Assembly: GCA_003345555.1 (NCBI GenBank)
Contig: PRDJ01000040.1
Location: 1-22,040, forward strand
Length of the DNA stretch: 22,040 bases
Source of the DNA: Candidatus Thorarchaeota archaeon
Lineage (GTDB): Archaea > Asgardarchaeota > Thorarchaeia > Thorarchaeales > Thorarchaeaceae
Direction: 5' to 3'
Numbering within the stretch: position 1 is the stretch's first letter; every line of letters starts with the position of its first letter. Position numbers and translations under genes: made by a program. Under the pieces are notes generated by a model. That model made no database searches and was not told the DNA's origin. It was given only the letters and a program-made list of their open reading frames with translations. Positions 6,733-15,100 of the stretch are shown one piece after another.

Positions 6733-7107
6733 TGGGACTCGACAGACCGAGGAGAAGGTGCCGGAAGCGAGAAGGAACGGATTCAGGCCACCCGCGGAAG
6801 GGGAGAGAGTAGTCGAATACCGATTCGCTTGTGGCAACCGACCCGCCACCAAGCACCTTCCATACGTATTGCAGAGAGCAAGACACTATAAGCCAGCTGT
6901 GCAGCGGTTATCGGCAGTGATACCACTGGCTTGATTTGTACATTGAGTGTCCTTGCTGGCAAGGATTGACTCACAAGTCCATCTCTCCCTGCACGGATTG
7001 CCCTGATCCACATCAGGAATACACATGCCTGGCCCCTTTCCCGAAGAAGAGACCCCATCGATTCGAGAAGGGCAGCAAACGCTTATGGTTGTCTCCTCAG
7101 ATACCGG

Positions 7108-7129
7108 TCAGAGAAACCTTGGGGGAGGA
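7108..7129 (+). repeat. Inverted (plus-strand) partial copy F of the hairpin repeat, containing the clostripain RBS
   Basis: ACCTTGGGGGAGGA (7116-7129) is the exact reverse complement of 12068-12081 in copy E; its GGAGG lies 5 nt upstream of GTG 7134. Confidence 0.45.
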
Positions 7130-7133
7130 TGAA

Positions 7134-8375
7134 GTGAGGATTGGCAAAGCTGGCCTGGCATTGTGTCTCTTCGTAGCCGCCCTCATGGCGCTCCCGGTGA
7201 GCGTCGTGGGCGGACAGAACAACCATGGGGATGTCCAAAAGGACTGGACGCTGCTGATGTATTGGGATACGGACAACAGCCTTGAGATTTGCACGGAGTT
7301 CGCTTTGAGCACCTGGGAGGAATCGCTTCCAAGCAACGCTGATGTGAACATCGTCGCGCTCGTGGACCTGCTATCTGCGGATGGCACATGGATTTGGGAA
7401 ATTGTTGACGGCCAGAGGCACCTGGTCGATACGTGGGACGAACTGAACACATCGGATCCGGCAGTCCTTGAGATGTTCGTGGAGTATGGCATGACCGAGT
7501 TCCCGGCGGAGAAGACCCTGCTCGTGCTTCAGGATCACGGGTACAGCTGGAGAGGCATCTGTCAGGATGAGACCAATGGCGATCTGCTCATGCCAATAGA
7601 TGGTGTTCGCTCTGCACTGGAGTCTGCCAAGGCTGATATGGGCAACGGTGTTGATGTGCTCGCGTTCGACGCGTGCAACATGATGCTCCTTGAGGTCGTT
7701 TATGAGCTCAGTGACGTGGTGCCATACATCGTCGGCTCGCAGACGACGGTTTCGTACGACGGGCTCCCGTATGAGCTGTTCATCCCGGATCTCGTCGCGA
7801 ACCCAGACATGTCCCCGGCGGAACTCGCTGTTGACATCGTATACGACTATGCCGAATACTACAGCTCGAAGTGGGACTACTCGCACATGTTCAGGTATAA
7901 CCAGGACTTCGCGCCGGCATGCGCAGTGGACACCTCGAGGTTGGATGCCTTGGGAGACGCCTTCGGGCGGCTCTGCACAGTGCTCCAGCCGATAATCCAG
8001 GATCACATGAAGACAATCGAGGACGCGAGGGGATACTCGCTCATTGGCCAGTGGGCAAACATGGCAGGCTGGGAGTGGACCCCCGATATTGGCACATTCG
8101 TGAAGGGCCTGAGAGAGATTTCTGGGCACCCGGAGCTAGCCGCAGCTATTGACGAGTTCGAGATTGCGTACGACGTTGCGGTAATTGCCGAGGACCACAG
8201 CAAGAGGTATCATGACACTGTGACCGGTCTAAGCTTCTGGTTCCCGCCGTCTTTGGCGCAGTACAACTCGATGGGCTACTACTATTGCCAGCAGTTCGTG
8301 TACCATGACATAGGGCTGGACCTCGTCGCTGAGACCTCGTGGGTCGACTGTCTGATGACATACTACGGTTCGTAG
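7134..8375 (+). CDS. Clostripain-family cysteine peptidase (C11), secreted, 413 aa
   Basis: WTLLMYWDTDNSLE, catalytic His in LVLQDHG, catalytic Cys in LAFDACNM, and an N-terminal signal peptide (RIGKAGLALCLFVAALMALPVSVVG). Start placed at GTG 7134 behind GGGGGAGG. Confidence 0.92.
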   Translation: MRIGKAGLALCLFVAALMALPVSVVGGQNNHGDVQKDWTLLMYWDTDNSLEICTEFALSTWEESLPSNADVNIVALVDLLSADGTWIWEIVDGQRHLVDTWDELNTSDPAVLEMFVEYGMTEFPAEKTLLVLQDHGYSWRGICQDETNGDLLMPIDGVRSALESAKADMGNGVDVLAFDACNMMLLEVVYELSDVVPYIVGSQTTVSYDGLPYELFIPDLVANPDMSPAELAVDIVYDYAEYYSSKWDYSHMFRYNQDFAPACAVDTSRLDALGDAFGRLCTVLQPIIQDHMKTIEDARGYSLIGQWANMAGWEWTPDIGTFVKGLREISGHPELAAAIDEFEIAYDVAVIAEDHSKRYHDTVTGLSFWFPPSLAQYNSMGYYYCQQFVYHDIGLDLVAETSWVDCLMTYYGS

Positions 8376-8516
8376 ATGCGGATTCCAAACCTCTTCTTCG
8401 TCTCTCCTTCGTTTCTTGTGAATTGGGAGGATGCGTCAGGACTCCTTTCTGTCCACATTGTTCACCCTAGCGGATCAAGAGAGTTCTACCACACCCACCT
8501 CTTCTAGAGTCCGCAT

Positions 8517-8551
8517 CGCCTTTCCCCCGCAGGTGCCTTTCTTCAGGAAAG
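8517..8551 (-). repeat. Intergenic hairpin repeat, copy H
   Basis: Minus strand CTTTCCTGAAGAAAGGCACCTGCGGGGGAAAGGCG; 7-bp stem CTTTCCT/GGGAAAG; GGAAAGGCGA is identical to copy D. Confidence 0.6.
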
Positions 8552-8556
8552 AGTTT

Positions 8557-8595
8557 GGATATTAATTCACATTCAAGATTAAAATGTGCGAGGGC
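8557..8595 (-). repeat. att-like copy of the tRNA-Leu 3' end and trailer (copy A core)
   Basis: ATTAAAATGTGCGAGGGC (8578-8595) is identical to 21312-21329 and 17699-17716. GGATATTAAT (8557-8566) is identical to 17677-17686. Confidence 0.85.
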
Positions 8596-8613
8596 AGCTC
8601 GCTCGTGTCGTCA

Positions 8614-8648
8614 GCTTTCCTCCCCTGGGTCTTTTCCGAGGGAGGGAA
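8614..8648 (-). repeat. Intergenic hairpin repeat, copy A
   Basis: Minus strand TTCCCTCCCTCGGAAAAGACCCAGGGGAGGAAAGC; stem TTCC-(C)-TCCC...GGGA-GGAA, inner GG/CC, loop AAAAGA. Confidence 0.75.
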
Positions 8649-8668
8649 CACTCGTCTCCAACCCTGCC

Positions 8669-9409
8669 TTAGATCTGCTCTCTCGGTATGCAGCTCGGCT
8701 CGTGTGACACTCCATACTCGATGCCGAGCCTCTTCAGTCTCTCCTCGACTGCTGGATATAGTACCAGCTCCTCGATCTCGAAATCCTCGAACCCTATTCC
8801 TCTGAGCCTCTGCCTCAGCTTGCCGATGGCCTCATCAGAGCTGAAGCTCACCATGCATGCCGGATGTGCCCTGACGCCGTGATTCACAAGGTTCTCCAGT
8901 GCCCGTAGCTGCAGCCCGAAACCCTCAGACCTCGCCCCCGTGAGCTTCGAGAACTCCTCCTCGCAGGCTCCCTTCAAGCTCACTCTCACTCGCAAGTTTG
9001 GGAACTTCGACAAGTCCCCTGCATATGTCTCGTCGCAGCCTATGAGTATACCGTTGGTTTCCAGGATGAATACGTACTCTCTTGGGATGAGCTCCAGTAC
9101 TCTCAACAGATGATCCTTGGCAATAGTGGGTTCGTTCCCGCTTATCCTGATTTGGCGGAAGCCTTTACGCCTCGCCATAGCAACAAGATTTGAGGCTACT
9201 TCGTCGGGAGAGCACATCCTGCCGTATCTCTCGGGGTTGGCGACCTCCTTCCAGGACCAGCAGAAGACGCACTGAAGACAGCAGCCAACGCAGTCTGCCG
9301 TCGCGATGCCTCCGTAGAACCTGGCTGGCCTGAACCGATAGTAAGAGCGCATGTCGCCCCTGCACACGACTCTTGCTGTGGATTTGGCCAATTCGACTGG
9401 ATCGAACAT
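8669..9409 (-). CDS. Radical SAM protein (COG5014-like predicted Fe-S oxidoreductase), 246 aa
   Basis: RFYGGIATADCVGCCLQCVFCW contains CxxxCxxC; also RISGNEPT, LETNG and VRVSLKG. Confidence 0.92.
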   Translation of the reverse strand: MFDPVELAKSTARVVCRGDMRSYYRFRPARFYGGIATADCVGCCLQCVFCWSWKEVANPERYGRMCSPDEVASNLVAMARRKGFRQIRISGNEPTIAKDHLLRVLELIPREYVFILETNGILIGCDETYAGDLSKFPNLRVRVSLKGACEEEFSKLTGARSEGFGLQLRALENLVNHGVRAHPACMVSFSSDEAIGKLRQRLRGIGFEDFEIEELVLYPAVEERLKRLGIEYGVSHEPSCIPREQI

Positions 9410-9539
9410 TGAACGTTCTCAAATCGACATTCTGGATAGAAGAATCCTTCGAGCTGACGCTCGCTGACACTCCACACAAGAGAGAACCGAGCGAAGGGGA
9501 AACCAAAAGTCCAGCACTCGTACACGGTTGCCGTTCTAT

Positions 9540-9583
9540 CGCTTTCCTCCGAGGATGTGTGCCATGTCCTGTTCTGGAGACAT
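9540..9583 (-). repeat. Degenerate hairpin repeat, copy J (expanded spacer)
   Basis: Minus strand ATGTCTCC-AGAACAGGAC-N16-GAGGAAAGCG versus copy E ATGTCTCC-GAGAAGAC-N7-GAGGAAGGGCG. Confidence 0.4.
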
Positions 9584-9797
9584 GTCCCTCAGCGTCCAGT
9601 GTGTCGCCACGGAGCACTGTCGATAACTGGCTCGTTGGTTTCCGAGAAGGACATGAAGAGACGCCTTGAGCAATAGACCCCGCTCTCTGAAGGAACCCGA
9701 ATCCCGGACTGCTGCATGTTGTTTGGACATCGTCCATTGAATGGAATTGAGGTTCTCGACACTCCCATAACGAGTGGAATTGCCATTGCTAGATGAC

Positions 9798-9830
9798 AAA
9801 GAGAAAAAGAAAAAGGGTTGTGAAAAGGAT
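9798..9830 (-). terminator. Oligo-T terminator-like tract after the M28 peptidase gene
   Basis: Minus strand immediately after the stop reads ...ATCCTTTTCACAACCCTTTTTCTTTTTCTCTTT, typical of archaeal U-rich terminators. Confidence 0.55.
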
Positions 9831-9833
9831 TTC

Positions 9834-11897
9834 CTAGGTCGTCGCGAGCTGAATCAGCTGTGCTAGCACGGAATTGACTTGCATGATCTGCAGCGTCTCG
9901 ACGTCGATCCGATCCTGCAACACAGTCTTCTCAGACGCGAGTACAGTCTCCAGCGCCGCCTTCTCCCAGGAGATATCGGGCGACTGCACTTCCTCCTTCT
10001 GCCTGAGAGACACGTAGGCGTCGTAGATGTCAACGTACGGAGCGAGATGGCCCTGAGCGCCCCAGTTCAGATGCGGAGCATCTGGAGCATGCCTGTCGTT
10101 CTCCCACTCGAAGACTTCCTTGTCAAAGAAGGCATTCCACGTTAGCCCCACATTCCAGAGCTCGTCACAAGCATCATGCAGATTGCCGTCCTTCAGATAT
10201 CCGAGTGCGTTCGTCAACCATATCGCATCCCACTCGACCTGCTGAGTCGGATATATGACGCTGTCCCAACAGCTCAGGGCAGTCCACTCCCTGTTGATCA
10301 GCTGACTGGCCTCGGTCAGCAAGGCGTTTGCAGCATCTGCATCCCCCGCAGTCAACTTTGACGCTGCCGCATCATACTTCCGTGCGAGCGACTTGAACTC
10401 GGATATCGCTGGACCCAGCCCGCTTGCATCTACGCCAACGTAGGCGAAGTCATTTGCGTTGTAGCTCTTGGTGAGATCGACGGCGCGCTCCATGAACATG
10501 AACGGAAGTATCTTCGCGCTGTCAATTGCCTCCAAGAACTTGTGCATGACCTTCACCTGCATGGCCATGTCATCGTAGTGTATCAGGCCAAGGTTGTCCA
10601 TGTTGGTGTGGTAGATGGCGTCATATCCTGGAATCGTGTCCGAGAATGTTATCCCGGGGATGCCAGCGGCTGTCAGGGGCCATCCGTCCTGCCATGAGCT
10701 GAGCTCGGTAGTCACTTCCCATCCGTTCGGAAGCAGTGCTGGGTTCGCGCCAAAGACCGCCCTTGCCAGAGGTGCCAGCTGATAGTTCGCCCTGGCTGTG
10801 AACGGACCGGTCGAGCCGTCGAACCAACGACCTCCGATGCCTTCGATGTTCAGGAAGGCTACAGCCTCCATCGCCCAGTCGGGATGCGCCTGCGTAATCA
10901 TGTACCATGATCCGACCAGCCATTCATAGTAGGCATCGGTGTTGCCGTATTCCTCGCCCGTCGTCGCTATGAAGTAGAGGTCGTGCTCAGGCACGAAGCC
11001 CATCTTCTTCAAGGCCTTGGCCCAGGCCAGCAAGCCAGGTATTGCAGAAGTGTCGTCTGAGGCCCCGAAGAACCACGCATCATGGTGTCCCAGGATCAGG
11101 ATAGGATTCTGATGATTCCTTCCCGGATATACGCCCACGACGTTGTACCCAGAGCCTCCGTCCTCCGCAAGGGTCAACTTGACATTCGAAACCATCGTGC
11201 CGATGACGGGGCCATTAGCCATCATGCCCATGAGGCTGAAGCCGTCATTCCTCGATATGACGATCAAAGGAACTAGAGAGTCATCATAAGTAGCATCGAA
11301 ACTCCCGAGAGAGCTCGGCCACTCGTAATACACCGGATAGTTCATCGTGCTGATGATGACGCCTTTGGCACCATCAATGGTAGCCTGTTTCCCAATCAGG
11401 TTGACCCAGAAGTTGTCGGCATTCCAGTCACACAGCAAGAGCTTCCCCTGCACGCCGGTTGCAGGGTATTCCCCAGGCGTTCCCTGGCCCACATACACGA
11501 TCTCCCCGGTCAGGCCTGCCGGAGGAGTCCCTGGTACGCCACCCATCGAGGATGCCAAGAACTTGTAGGTGCCACTTGCACCGCTGACAGTCAAGCTCGC
11601 GCCCTTGAACTCCCAGGCATCAACAGGCACCCTTTCCATCCGGACATTCGATAGCCCGATCTTGACCATCTCCTGCTTGATGAAGGCCGCGCCCGCGTTT
11701 TCTGAGGAGCTTCCAGCCGCGCGGAATCCGTAGCCCGGCCATGTTCCTAGACCTACCAGCTTCTCTTCAACATACTTCTCATAGTTCTGGTCGATGTTGA
11801 GTTGTGGAGCAGGCTTCGCAACCACGAAGGACCCGCTAAAAGCCACGACTACAAAGACGAAGACTATGAGTGCTGCCAAGATTCTTCTACCAATCAT
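9834..11897 (-). CDS. Secreted M28-family zinc peptidase with PA domain, 687 aa
   Basis: Signal peptide (MIGRRILAALIVFVFVVVAFSGSFVVA); metal ligands GHHDAW, GASDD, TGEEYG, LNIEG and YHT; PA insert (GEIVYVG..G...GKLLL...A...GAKGVI). Start placed at ATG 11897. Confidence 0.92.
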   Translation of the reverse strand: MIGRRILAALIVFVFVVVAFSGSFVVAKPAPQLNIDQNYEKYVEEKLVGLGTWPGYGFRAAGSSSENAGAAFIKQEMVKIGLSNVRMERVPVDAWEFKGASLTVSGASGTYKFLASSMGGVPGTPPAGLTGEIVYVGQGTPGEYPATGVQGKLLLCDWNADNFWVNLIGKQATIDGAKGVIISTMNYPVYYEWPSSLGSFDATYDDSLVPLIVISRNDGFSLMGMMANGPVIGTMVSNVKLTLAEDGGSGYNVVGVYPGRNHQNPILILGHHDAWFFGASDDTSAIPGLLAWAKALKKMGFVPEHDLYFIATTGEEYGNTDAYYEWLVGSWYMITQAHPDWAMEAVAFLNIEGIGGRWFDGSTGPFTARANYQLAPLARAVFGANPALLPNGWEVTTELSSWQDGWPLTAAGIPGITFSDTIPGYDAIYHTNMDNLGLIHYDDMAMQVKVMHKFLEAIDSAKILPFMFMERAVDLTKSYNANDFAYVGVDASGLGPAISEFKSLARKYDAAASKLTAGDADAANALLTEASQLINREWTALSCWDSVIYPTQQVEWDAIWLTNALGYLKDGNLHDACDELWNVGLTWNAFFDKEVFEWENDRHAPDAPHLNWGAQGHLAPYVDIYDAYVSLRQKEEVQSPDISWEKAALETVLASEKTVLQDRIDVETLQIMQVNSVLAQLIQLATT

Positions 11898-12061
11898 GAG
11901 TCTTCCCCCCTTCGCGTCCTGCGAATTGCAGGACGAAGGCAAATCGAATTACGAATACAATAACCCTGTTGTTTACCATCGAGGGTCAATTCAGGAACTG
12001 TTCACGAGCGCCTGTAGGCAATTCTCTTGTTGCGATCCGAAAAATAGACCATGATTCTAGA

Positions 12062-12095
12062 CGCCCTTCCTCCCCCAAGGTCTTCTCGGAGACAT
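12062..12095 (-). repeat. Intergenic hairpin repeat, copy E
   Basis: Minus strand ATGTCTCCGAGAAGACCTTGGGGGAGGAAGGGCG; 8-bp stem TCTCCGAG/CTTGGGGG with three G-T pairs. Confidence 0.65.
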
Positions 12096-12142
12096 AGTGG
12101 GACCTACGAAGGACCGAAAGGGGTTCGAAAACGACCTCCACT

Positions 12143-15100
12143 TCACGGGTTGTAGGTCAGCACTCCGCTCGCGCTGCAATAGATCCAGTATCCCTGTCCC
12201 GGAACCAGCAAGAAATTGTTCATCGTCGGAATTGTGCTGATCCAGCTTCTGTAGGCCTTTGTTGCTGAATCCCAGGATACCACCATCTTGACGCCCCCTG
12301 CGACACTATACATCGCGGGGATGTCGCTCGCGTGCTTGGCCGTGTCGAGCGAGTTAAAGCCTATTAGCGCCCAACCCCCGCCGGCTGGGACGGCTACGGT
12401 CCTAGTCTGCGGAGTGCTCGGCAGGACTCCTTCGAGCGTGAGTGTTTCTGTCCCGCTTTGCACATAGATCCAATACCCCGTGCTGGGGACAATCGAGAAG
12501 TCCATCACCGACGGTGAGATTCCGACTATGTACATTCTGTAGGCTCCCGTAGCTGAGTTCCAACCACACACCACGTCGCCAGTATCAAGGCCGAGCGTGC
12601 TCGCTCTATGCCCTGACGCAACCACAGGTACGGCCACCAAGTTCCAGCCTTCGGATAGATTGAGGTAGAATGTGGCCGAGGCGGTGTCAAGCAGGATCGT
12701 GTCCGTGACAATCACTGAGTTGCCAGCTCTGTCCACGACCTGATAATAGACTGTCTTCATCCCATTCCCTGACAACAGGATCCAGGGCTTCGAGCTCACG
12801 GCGGGCTCCCATGAGGACCAGGACACGCCGTCGTTGCTATACCGCACCTTGTCCACATCGGATGTCGCATCGCTAGCGGTGAGCGAGAGCGCAACCGAAG
12901 TCGTGTTCGTATAGGCCGCCCCCGAGTTGATCACAATCGACGCTGTGGGCGCGACCCGGTCGAGCATTATGGAATCAGAATAGATGGCTGTATTGCCCGC
13001 GACGTCGCTGAACTGAACCTGAACCACCTTCAGGCCGCCGCCCGTGAGCGTCCACGCCTTTGTTGCCGAGAAGTTCTCCCACGTGCTCCAGCCCGAGGAA
13101 CCGTCGTTGAGCCGCATCTGCCCCATACCCGAGACCGCGTCGCTGGCCTTCAGGTCCAGCGTGACAGACGAGGAGTTGGTGTACTCCGCCCCGCTGTTGA
13201 CGACGATTGAGCCGGTCGGGGGCGTTCTGTCGAGCTTGATGCCTGTGAGGAGGCTGTGATCCTCGACGATGCCGTCGATGTCTTCGCTCCAGAATTCCAG
13301 CGTGTTGTTCGAGCCCTCGGTCGTGATCACCGGCAGGCCGTCGAGCTTCACCGTCTTCATCGGCCCGCCGTTGATGATGTAGTACGTGTCCAGAACCTGG
13401 CTTTCCGGAGCTGCTGCCGTCAGGATGATCGTAAAGTTCGAGGTGTGCCAGTAGTCGGTGTAGTCGTGGGTCGTCACGGGCCCGGTCGCCACTGGCCATG
13501 GGGCCATAAGCGGATATCTGTCGACGCTGTCGGAGTCGATCACCATAGTCGTGTCGCCTATGCCATCGCTCCCGGAGATGTCCTGGCCGGGGCCGCTGAA
13601 CGCATCCGAGCCAGAGTAGTTGCTCCAGTAGTTCCCGCCATTGGGGTAGTCATCATCCCACTGGTTCTGCGAGCCTGAATCGTCGTAGCCCCGAAGAACG
13701 TTGCCCAGGAGATTGTTGTGGAAGACCCTGATCGACGTCGAGCTCGCGATGTATATGGCGCATGTGTTGTTCCACAGATCGTTCGCCTTGATGGCGCCGT
13801 TCACCGAGCTCGTGACATATATCCCCCTGTAGCAGCATGATGAGACGTTATTCCTGACGATGTTGAATCCGTTGCACGAGCTAGCGAATATGCCGTTTCC
13901 GTTAGGGGCGGTGACGATGTTCGCCCTCACGTTGAACCCCGTGCACGAGATGACCTGAATAGCATCGCCTTTGCTCGAGACCACGTTGTTGGTGATGTTC
14001 GAGATCGTGATTCCGCTGAACACGACGCCCGTTATCTGAAGGTCCATGGCCACATTCTTCGTGACCTTCACGTCGAAGCCGGTCCAATCGACGACTATCC
14101 CGTAGTTGCTGATGGATGTGCCGGAGGCGTTGTTCCCGGAAACCACCGCGTGCTGGCAATTTGACACATGGATGTTCGCGGCCCTGTTCCGGACCGCGAT
14201 GTTGCCCGATATGAGGACATTCGTGCAGCCATTAGTGCAGATCCCGTCGCCGTTGGAGCTTCCAGACGCATTGTTCATGGAGACTGTTACGTTGGCACAG
14301 GAGACCGCTTCAATAAGGATGTTGGAGCAGTCGGAAATCGTGTTGCCAATGATGTTTGTCCATCCAGCAACCGTGGAGATCTGGACTGCTGAGCGGGACG
14401 AGCCGCCGTTGTTCGTGATGGTGTTTCGCGAAATCGTTAGATTCGAGCCTCCGGAAACGATTATGTTGTAGTTCGAGCCATGCGCCAGGCTACTGTTGTC
14501 GAGGGTGAAGTTCTCGCAGTAATTGGCTAGGACGCCATACATGTCCGTCCAGGAAACATTGGCCCCACGGATTGCGACATCCGCACAGTCATAGAACATC
14601 ATTCCCTGGCGCACGCGCGTCCCGGTTACATTCTCAATGCTCACGTCGCTCGCATACGCCATCTCGACAGCGACATCTGTATCACCGACTGACAGGTCCG
14701 CAGCAAGAACATGTGTGCAGTTCGCGACTATGAGCTGCCCAACAGGAATTCCCGTGACATCGACATGGCTCTCGTTCCTGAAGTAGTAGACCGGCTTTCC
14801 GTTGACCAGGTTGCTGGTAGCGATCGTGTGCGTATTGAATTCTTCCACGGATCCGTAGCCCATGTATGCCAATCCTGAGATCGAGATGCCATCCGACTCG
14901 AAGGTGTTGTTGACAATCGTCATCCCCACGGTGCCCTCGAGCGTGAGACCATGTTGGTCGTTCAAGAGGACGTTGTTCGCGATTGTGCAGCTGGAGGCCC
15001 AATAGAAGTTGATGCCCGTCGGTTCATCGGAGGCATTATTGCCTACGACGTTCACCTTTGAACAGAAATAGGCTACTGAGATTCCCACTTGCCAAGCTGA

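Noticed and set aside
6936-7133. Cys-rich 66-aa N-terminal extension of clostripain in the ORF track
   Set aside because: The signal peptide and a strong RBS point to GTG 7134; the extension would bury the signal peptide and overlaps repeat-like DNA.
8614-8626. GGGAGGAAAG in copies A and D as RNase P RNA conserved region I (GAGGAAAGUCC)
   Set aside because: It is not followed by GTCC, no other RNase P conserved regions are present, and the spacers are too short for a ~300-nt RNA.
9373-9799. ORFs of 65-98 aa in the radical SAM-M28 spacer
   Set aside because: No RBS or recognisable motifs, several overlapping frames are equally plausible, and the region contains a terminator tract and a repeat copy.
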